Source: a virus (Duplodnaviria; Caudoviricetes). From it: 26,635 nt of DNA. The notes under the pieces are model-generated. The model saw nothing but the letters and a program-made list of their open reading frames with translations. It was not told the DNA's origin and made no database searches. The position numbers and the translations under genes were made by a program. This document shows positions 16,947 through 23,208 of this stretch, piece after piece (position 1 is the stretch's first letter; each line of letters begins with the position of its first letter). The stretch is taken from positions 1 through 26,635 of the IMG/VR virus record IMGVR_UViG_3300043447_000372. One strand, written 5' to 3'.

Positions 16947-18980
16947 TTAGTACAGCTTGATCTCACATGCATCGGTTGAGCAATAAGCTTCACCCTCTGC
17001 CTCAAGATTTTCTACACCATCATAAATAGCAGACCAGTCAATCTTACCAATCTTGCCTACATATGCGTTGTATTCTTCTCTTGTGATTTCTGTGTATGGC
17101 TGCTGAGGATAAGTCTTATTCCCCATTGGAAGGAATGAAACTGCCTTCAACTGTCCCTCGTACATATTAAGTGCTGGAGCGACAAACTTCTTCTCTTCAT
17201 CCTTATCAAATGATAATGTCACGGAAACACCATTATCTGACCAGTACTTCTGAGCAGTTGCTGCCAAACCAATCTTCTCAAATAGGCTTACCTGCTTCTC
17301 AGAACGCTTATGTCCTGATGCCACTGGGAAATAGACTACTGAAGTATTTGCTGATACTAGGTCAGATTCAATCTTGTACCCTGCTGCCTTGAACAAGTGG
17401 AGCATTGGATCCTGATTGCCAAAGCGAATAGCACGAAGGTAGAATTCTCCACCAGGCCCCCAGTGAACTCCAGGAGTTGCTCCAGAAAGAAGTGAAACTG
17501 ATCCTGATGGTTTAACTGTTGTTACACGAACTGACTCACGAACGCATAGCCACTCTGAATACTGATGGTCATACTTACGGATTGTATTATATCCTTCATC
17601 CATCCACTCACGAGTTGTTGGAAGACCGTGCTCATCAGCAAATGCTGCAATACCTGTAAGAGATGTTCCAATGCGACGGTTTCTCTGCATGATACCGTTT
17701 GTCTGCTGCCAGTGTGTTGGCATAAGAGTTACAGTCTTTCCATAGAGGTAAGCAAACTTCAATGTCTTGAGGAAGTCTTCCTTTGACTCATGTCGGTTTA
17801 GGTGAACCTCTACAAGAGTACAAAGTTCATATGACTCTAGTGGCTGCTCTGCACAAGGGTTGAACCCCATAATGCGAGTATCCTTGTAGTCTGGAGCATC
17901 TGCAAGACGACCATAGTTACGAGCAACATCAAGCCAGATAAAACCTGGTTCTCCGTTGTCTGCAATTAAATCTACATAATCTTCATACTTAGTCCCAACT
18001 TCAGCAGCGATTGAGTTATTACTCATCCATGCCCAGCCTGGCTTTTCTGGATCATATGAATTTCTTTCTGGGAAGACTTCAGGATTCTTAAGGTTAATAA
18101 AGCCTTCATCCTCTGGTGTTCCCAAAGCAAGTGTTGCAGAACGACGAACATTTCCTGAAACAACACATGTTCCAATAAGGTTAATAATATCTACAATTGC
18201 ACGGCTATCAAGATGTTCTCCAGCTCTAGACCCGATTACATTACGGATGCGTGTGTGTAGATCAATAAGTGGTGCTGGACCGCTAGCAACGCCTCCAAAG
18301 CCCTTAATGGGTGCTCCTAGAGGACGGATAAGATCGTAGTTAAACTCTTGAACTGGTTGGTTTTGACGAAGGAATGAGTTAATCAAAAGACGAACTGATT
18401 CTACCCATCCTTCACGAGTATCAGGGATATCGTAGATTGATGCTGGCTCTGTTGGAGCATAGATTGGCATCTGCTTGTCTTGTCCAAGAGTATCAAACCC
18501 TACACCAATACCCAACATTAATGCATCCATTACCCAAGCAAAAAGAGCACCTGGATCATTGCGATCAATGTCTCTTGTTGAAACCATTGCACAGTTTTGA
18601 AGAGAAGCAGAGTTACGCTTTTCCATAGTCATTGGGGTACCAAATGCCCATAGGCCACGTCCTGGAGGTGTCCACTTTAGCTCAAACATTCTTTGAAATG
18701 CTTCCTGAGCAGACTTCTGAGCCTTGTTATCATTCCAAGGTAGGCGATTATCCTTAGCGTGGTTCTTCTGCACTGAGTACATACCCTCAATTACACGACG
18801 GCACACCTCATACCATCGTTCTTTTGTTCCATCCTCCTTGACACGGGAGTAAGTACGAATAAAGGTAATCTCTCCCAAAGAGTTAGACCCAGCATCCGAG
18901 AAGCCAAATGGTGCTGCTGTTGTTGAGTACTTATGGATAAAGTCCTCTGATAGACGAAACGAAAAAACGCTTTCTGACAT
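16947..18980 (-). CDS. nrdJ: Class II adenosylcobalamin-dependent ribonucleotide reductase (monomeric RTPR-like)
   Basis: WTPPGRGLW, LQNC, GNVRRSA, GFNPCAEQPL, ELCTLVE and TTVKPSGSVS motifs, plus the C-terminal redox pair CSTDAC; no beta subunit nearby. Confidence 0.93.
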   Translation of the reverse strand: MSESVFSFRLSEDFIHKYSTTAAPFGFSDAGSNSLGEITFIRTYSRVKEDGTKERWYEVCRRVIEGMYSVQKNHAKDNRLPWNDNKAQKSAQEAFQRMFELKWTPPGRGLWAFGTPMTMEKRNSASLQNCAMVSTRDIDRNDPGALFAWVMDALMLGIGVGFDTLGQDKQMPIYAPTEPASIYDIPDTREGWVESVRLLINSFLRQNQPVQEFNYDLIRPLGAPIKGFGGVASGPAPLIDLHTRIRNVIGSRAGEHLDSRAIVDIINLIGTCVVSGNVRRSATLALGTPEDEGFINLKNPEVFPERNSYDPEKPGWAWMSNNSIAAEVGTKYEDYVDLIADNGEPGFIWLDVARNYGRLADAPDYKDTRIMGFNPCAEQPLESYELCTLVEVHLNRHESKEDFLKTLKFAYLYGKTVTLMPTHWQQTNGIMQRNRRIGTSLTGIAAFADEHGLPTTREWMDEGYNTIRKYDHQYSEWLCVRESVRVTTVKPSGSVSLLSGATPGVHWGPGGEFYLRAIRFGNQDPMLHLFKAAGYKIESDLVSANTSVVYFPVASGHKRSEKQVSLFEKIGLAATAQKYWSDNGVSVTLSFDKDEEKKFVAPALNMYEGQLKAVSFLPMGNKTYPQQPYTEITREEYNAYVGKIGKIDWSAIYDGVENLEAEGEAYCSTDACEIKLY

Positions 18981-19039
18981 TTATATACCTTTCAAAGTAA
19001 TTTTATATGAGTACTTCGCAATTTCCGAAGTAGTCCTTA

Positions 19040-19048
19040 AGTATAGCA
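19040..19048 (-). promoter_or_regulatory. Extended -10 promoter TGCTATACT for nrdJ
   Basis: Intergenic, downstream of a terminator, about 60 nt before the ATG, with SD-like AAAGGT. Confidence 0.65.
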
Positions 19049-19072
19049 CCATTCTCAAACAAAAACAAGCGT

Positions 19073-19107
19073 AAATAAAAAGGCTATACCTTATCTTTAG
19101 GTATAGC
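19073..19107 (-). terminator. Intrinsic terminator ending the fibre/accessory operon
   Basis: GCTATACCT-AAAGATA-AGGTATAGC perfect 9-bp stem followed by CTTTTTATTT. Confidence 0.75.
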
Positions 19108-19137
19108 ACTTTTGTATATTAAAAGTAGTCTTAGATA

Positions 19138-19404
19138 TTAAGATTTTGGCAATCCGTCATCGGTTATGCCATCTTTAAGGTTTGACTTAACCTGTTCCCA
19201 CTTATGCAAAGGACAAGAAGCATTGGGAAGCTTAACCTTTAGATTCATAATACATCCACACTCTTTGCATTGGTGAGTAGAAGAAATATACTTTGGACAC
19301 TGTTTGCAAATATCTAGTCTTTTTTCGGCAATCTCCCCCTCAACACGACCTATGCTTTTATTCAAAAGGTCCCAAGGTCTAGCTGGTCTATTCTGTTCAC
19401 TCAT
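19138..19404 (-). CDS. Small six-cysteine putative metal-binding protein (DUF6171-like)
   Basis: RLDICKQC...QCKECGCIMNLKV...SCPLHKW; overlaps the upstream stop. Confidence 0.7.
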   Translation of the reverse strand: MSEQNRPARPWDLLNKSIGRVEGEIAEKRLDICKQCPKYISSTHQCKECGCIMNLKVKLPNASCPLHKWEQVKSNLKDGITDDGLPKS

Positions 19405-20245
19405 TTGGCTTATCCTTTATTCTTTTCTGATGATTTTTATATGGTTTCTGGTTTATGTGAATGCCCTTGAAATATCTTCTACCTGAATCATTTACTTTTC
19501 CAATATCCCCACCTTCTCTTTCTGGGTTTTGTCTTTCCCACTGAAGGTTTTCAGCACTCATTCTTTCATTATACAACAATTCTTCAGGAAAAAGCTTTTT
19601 TGCTGGAACAAGCTCAAAGTTTTCAACATAGAATCTTGGGATTGGAATAAATCCAGAAAGCCAATCACCCTTTTTGATCTTAATAATTTTATTTGGGGTT
19701 GTAACCCTAACGTTAAACGTAAAAGATCTTCTTAGATTATCTGACTCAACAACACCATTCATAAAGTGTAGGCCATCTATATAATGGTTAGGTGGCTGAG
19801 TTACAAGAATATTTACGTTGGGAGGAGTCTTAAGAATAAATTTATTTTCAATACTTAAAACACCATTTCTAAAGTTATTCAGATAAGATTGAATTGACTG
19901 TAGATTGTTAAACCCTTCAGACTTTACCTCAACTGGATTTTCTGTTCCGTCCCAGAATAACTCTGCGTCGTGTTGTGCCTTAACTACAAAGCCATACTGG
20001 TTTGCAATTGTTAATGGCAAGCACATAGAAAATGCAATATGATTAAACCAATCACGATTAGGTTGACCAACTAATGTTTCAACAACATCGTCTATATTGT
20101 ATCCTTGTTCAGAATAGTTATACCAAGCAATAGTATTATCTGGAACTTCATACCCTGGATCATTGATGTATGGCTTATTTTCTTTTTCAACAAACCTATT
20201 TTTTAATGAAGATTTATATTCTTCCCAAAGTGATTTATTGGACAT
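19397..20245 (-). CDS. DUF6065-like protein (dUTPase-like fold suspected), paralog 3
   Basis: RDWF...CLPLTIANQYGF, KTPPNVNILVTQPPN, GVVESD and IKKGDWL motifs. Confidence 0.7.
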   Translation of the reverse strand: MSNKSLWEEYKSSLKNRFVEKENKPYINDPGYEVPDNTIAWYNYSEQGYNIDDVVETLVGQPNRDWFNHIAFSMCLPLTIANQYGFVVKAQHDAELFWDGTENPVEVKSEGFNNLQSIQSYLNNFRNGVLSIENKFILKTPPNVNILVTQPPNHYIDGLHFMNGVVESDNLRRSFTFNVRVTTPNKIIKIKKGDWLSGFIPIPRFYVENFELVPAKKLFPEELLYNERMSAENLQWERQNPEREGGDIGKVNDSGRRYFKGIHINQKPYKNHQKRIKDKPNE

Positions 20246-20901
20246 TAGCTATAAAGCTTTCTCTTCCAAAACTTTCTCTTGTACTTTGAAAAAGGTGGAT
20301 CTGACCACTTCCAGAACTCCTTGTATGCGTAAGATTCTTCTTCATCTCCAAAATCAGACTTCCAGTCATCTCTCTTAATTGGAATAGCTTGAACAATTGG
20401 TGTTCCTGCAGGGATCAATCCGCTAAAACCCTTTTTGATAAAGAATGGAAATTGTACAGAAAGAGGAAACTCATCTGTATCAACGACTGCACTTAAGGAT
20501 GTGAATGGCAAATCTGCACGATTTAAGGGATGAACAAAAAGTGTACTATACCCTTTTGGAGTTTGCAAGAAAAACTTATTGATCCACTTGTATGGGTGTG
20601 GCTCTACATCATCTCCATAGTGCCAACCATCAAGCTGAAAGTCTGCATGGTAGGTGACAACTTCTGAAACACCATTATCTGTAAATCTTTTTAGCTCTGC
20701 GTCGTAGTATACATCAGCTGATGTTTTAAAAACATACCCCGTTGTTAATGCATCTAATACAGGAACACATTTTTTTATTGTCATATTATTATTAACAATA
20801 GGAGGAATATCCTTAAACCACTGAGGAATTTGTTTTACAGATGGCTCAGGCTTTACCCAATCAATTGAAACATCTTCTGATCTAAATTTAATTTTCTTCA
20901 T
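20245..20901 (-). CDS. DUF6065-like protein, paralog 2 (218 aa, MKKIKF...)
   Basis: IPQWFK, KKCVPVLDALTTGY, TPKGYSTLFVHPLNR and IPAGTPIVQAIPIKRDDW; start chosen by alignment with paralog 1 (MKLIKF). Confidence 0.75.
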   Translation of the reverse strand: MKKIKFRSEDVSIDWVKPEPSVKQIPQWFKDIPPIVNNNMTIKKCVPVLDALTTGYVFKTSADVYYDAELKRFTDNGVSEVVTYHADFQLDGWHYGDDVEPHPYKWINKFFLQTPKGYSTLFVHPLNRADLPFTSLSAVVDTDEFPLSVQFPFFIKKGFSGLIPAGTPIVQAIPIKRDDWKSDFGDEEESYAYKEFWKWSDPPFSKYKRKFWKRKLYS

Positions 20902-21163
20902 GATTATGTTCAAACTCACCCTTCTCAGAGCTATATTTAACTCCAATCCCTGGCTTCATTTCTAGGTCTGTTATGTCCACAAAAGTAGGATCACTTAAAA
21001 GCATTGCTGCAAGCTTTGTCTCTGTTCTAATAACATCTTGCACCTCATCGTCAAGAACAATAGCAATACTGTAAATCTTAACATCAGAGTGCATGCTTTT
21101 TGGTTCTTTTACTGAATCAACAGTAGGGCTAGACTTTTGTATCTTTTTCTTTTTATTAAACAT
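20888..21163 (-). CDS. Small hypothetical protein, paralog of 21893..22108
   Basis: AIVLDDEVQDVI...LAAMLLSDPTFVDI...PGIG; coupled to genes on both sides. Confidence 0.7.
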   Translation of the reverse strand: MFNKKKKIQKSSPTVDSVKEPKSMHSDVKIYSIAIVLDDEVQDVIRTETKLAAMLLSDPTFVDITDLEMKPGIGVKYSSEKGEFEHNHEEN

Positions 21164-21888
21164 TATTTAAACTCTTTTCTCGTCCAAAGCTTTTTCTTGT
21201 AGCTTCCCTCTTTTGTTCTGAGGTGTTTTGCAATCTTTTCACGTCTTTCATCATTAAAGATTCCGCCCCTCTCAACAAACATTTGCCACTTATCTCTCTT
21301 GAATGGATAAATTTGTGCAAATGGAGTTCCTGCTGGAATAACACCTTCAAAGTCACTCTTTAGGAAGAATGGAATATTTCCACCTAAAGTAAACTTATCA
21401 CTATCCATAATAGCACTTAAAGTCATAAATGGCAAGTCGTGCCTATTAAATGGGTGCGTAACAAATGTACTGTATCCTCTTGGTGTTTTCCAGGACCAGT
21501 AGGTATACCAAGTAAACCCTGTCTTTTGAAAACCAACTGGCCGTGGGATTGTTGGTCCAAGTTGTGGTGGACGCTGCCCAACAAAAGGCATAACATCGTC
21601 TTCTTCTATGTTTGGAGCATTAAATTTTATCTCTGTTTCTCCATTTTCATTTTTAATAACATAAATATCAAATGGAGTTAAAAGAGTATATCCAGTCATC
21701 ATGATTTCCATAAATGGGATGCAGGCTTTCATCCCAGCATTATCTTCATGTTCACTATGCTTAGGGTGTAGTGGTGACTCAAATGTTAACTCCCCGTCTT
21801 TCCACCACTGAGGTAATTCTGTTCTAATTGGACGAGGCGTTGTTTCTTCTATAACCTTTGACCAAGGAATAAATTTGATAAGCTTCAT
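21163..21888 (-). CDS. DUF6065-like protein, paralog 1
   Basis: LPQWWK, KACIPFMEIMMTGY, TPRGYSTFVTHPFNR and IPAGTPFAQIYPFKRDKW. Confidence 0.75.
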   Translation of the reverse strand: MKLIKFIPWSKVIEETTPRPIRTELPQWWKDGELTFESPLHPKHSEHEDNAGMKACIPFMEIMMTGYTLLTPFDIYVIKNENGETEIKFNAPNIEEDDVMPFVGQRPPQLGPTIPRPVGFQKTGFTWYTYWSWKTPRGYSTFVTHPFNRHDLPFMTLSAIMDSDKFTLGGNIPFFLKSDFEGVIPAGTPFAQIYPFKRDKWQMFVERGGIFNDERREKIAKHLRTKEGSYKKKLWTRKEFK

Positions 21889-21892
21889 GGCT

Positions 21893-22108
21893 TTATGCCT
21901 TTGCTTCTTCTATTGTCATTCCTGGTACTGTTGTTGGCTTGCATTTAATAATCTCAGGATTGAGGTCATAAAGGCTTCCCAGTAATTCATCAACAGTAAC
22001 TGTAATCTGAACTACTCCGTCAATACATAGAGCATATACATGTGCGTCTGGATCTACATGATACTGAACGTGCTCTTTTTCTGTTACAATCTCCCACTTT
22101 TTTGTCAT
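21893..22108 (-). CDS. Small hypothetical protein
   Basis: 71 aa filling the gap between neighbours; ALCIDGVVQITV...LGSLYDLNPEIIKC...PGMT aligns with the 91-aa ORF. Confidence 0.7.
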   Translation of the reverse strand: MTKKWEIVTEKEHVQYHVDPDAHVYALCIDGVVQITVTVDELLGSLYDLNPEIIKCKPTTVPGMTIEEAKA

Positions 22109-22122
22109 TTTTTTTGCTCTTT

Positions 22123-23208
22123 CTATTGTATTGTAATCTCGTCTGTAGATAATGACTGATTATAAGCACTATCTGATGCAATTATACCATAATTGGTCAC
22201 AATTGTAACTCCAGTGGCGTTGTGAACTAGGTCGCTACCAATTTGTGTTACAGCGGATGTATCAGAAAATGCCTTTGCCGTAACTGTAGCTGTTCCATTT
22301 GTTTTATTTGAGTTTGTAATTGCAACCTTGATTGCTCTAATGGCTGAAAAAGATGTTATAGAATCAAGAGTTACAGATGCAATTTCGCTAAGTGTGTTTG
22401 ATGCATACTTATATAACTTAAGATATCTTGGGTATGTATTTGCATAAGATGCACAGCTTCCTCCAGTACCTACACAAGGGTTTGTATATCCGCATGGGTT
22501 ATATGGGTTTGTAGCTCCACAAGGATTATATGGGTTTGTAGATGCACAAGGGTTATATGGGTTTGTGTATGCACAAGGGTTATATGGATTATAATATCCA
22601 CCTGAGCAACAAGAGTTATAATATGAGTAACTGTATGATGGATTTGTATAGCTGTATGTATATCCATACTTACAACTTCCGCCTGGATTATACATAGAAC
22701 ATGTATAGGATGATGCTGGGTTTCCAGAAACTGGAACTGTGGTTGAACATCCAGAACAAGGAACAGCGTTTCCTCCAGAACCTACGCAGTTACCGCTGGC
22801 CCCATTGCAGTTTCCTCCTGTACCAATACATCCACCACCTGTACCAACACAGGTTCCTCCAGAGCCACATGGGTTATAAGGGTTGTAAGAACTACAGGCT
22901 CCACATCCAGAACATGTCTCTTGCTTTGAAACAACAGACCACCAGGTGCCAGAATCAGAAACCCAAAGTGCAGCACCTGTTCCAACTCCTGGGTCCTTTA
23001 ATGTGATTGTTACGTTCTGATTTGTCATCTGAACTGTACGAATTGGATAGTTAGTATCTGCAGCTGTTGCTGTTCCTGCAGATGCTGACCAAGATCCTCT
23101 TACTGTTTTCCACCCTGAAGCAAAACCAGAGCCGAAGCTATCAGAGAACGATAGAAATGATTTCAATCTAGAAACTGTTACTTGCGTTTTTCTGGTTTTC
23201 TTTGCCAT
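22123..23208 (-). CDS. Putative virion adhesin: beta-sandwich (lectin-like) domain split by a 20-Cys repeat insert (361 aa)
   Basis: ATG at 23208 overlaps the fibre gene TAA. Flanks are beta-rich (FSDSF...GW...GSW, LWVSDSGTWWSV / YLKLYK, IKVAIT, YGII). All Cys lie in residues 99-252. Confidence 0.7.
   Translation of the reverse strand: MAKKTRKTQVTVSRLKSFLSFSDSFGSGFASGWKTVRGSWSASAGTATAADTNYPIRTVQMTNQNVTITLKDPGVGTGAALWVSDSGTWWSVVSKQETCSGCGACSSYNPYNPCGSGGTCVGTGGGCIGTGGNCNGASGNCVGSGGNAVPCSGCSTTVPVSGNPASSYTCSMYNPGGSCKYGYTYSYTNPSYSYSYYNSCCSGGYYNPYNPCAYTNPYNPCASTNPYNPCGATNPYNPCGYTNPCVGTGGSCASYANTYPRYLKLYKYASNTLSEIASVTLDSITSFSAIRAIKVAITNSNKTNGTATVTAKAFSDTSAVTQIGSDLVHNATGVTIVTNYGIIASDSAYNQSLSTDEITIQ
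22492..22599. repeat. Four imperfect 27-bp tandem repeats encoding xxT/YNPYNPC
   Basis: Units start at 22492, 22519, 22546 and 22573; consensus on + is acaagggttatatgggtttgtagatgc. Confidence 0.9.

Noticed and set aside
16947-18980. Intein or intron in the reductase
   Set aside because: Continuous 677-aa ORF of ordinary length with catalytic motifs in order and no splicing motifs.
18981-19137. Cobalamin riboswitch or NrdR box upstream of nrdJ
   Set aside because: The region is short and explained by a terminator, a promoter and a small hairpin; no matching consensus was seen.
22492-22599. CRISPR array
   Set aside because: The repeats are contiguous, in-frame coding units with no unique spacers and no cas genes.
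22123-23208. Classical RiPP precursor or ferredoxin (CxxCxxC at CSGCGAC)
   Set aside because: The Cys-rich part is embedded in a larger structural domain, and no radical SAM, YcaO, Lan enzyme, peptidase or exporter is nearby. A local metal site at C1-C3 cannot be excluded.
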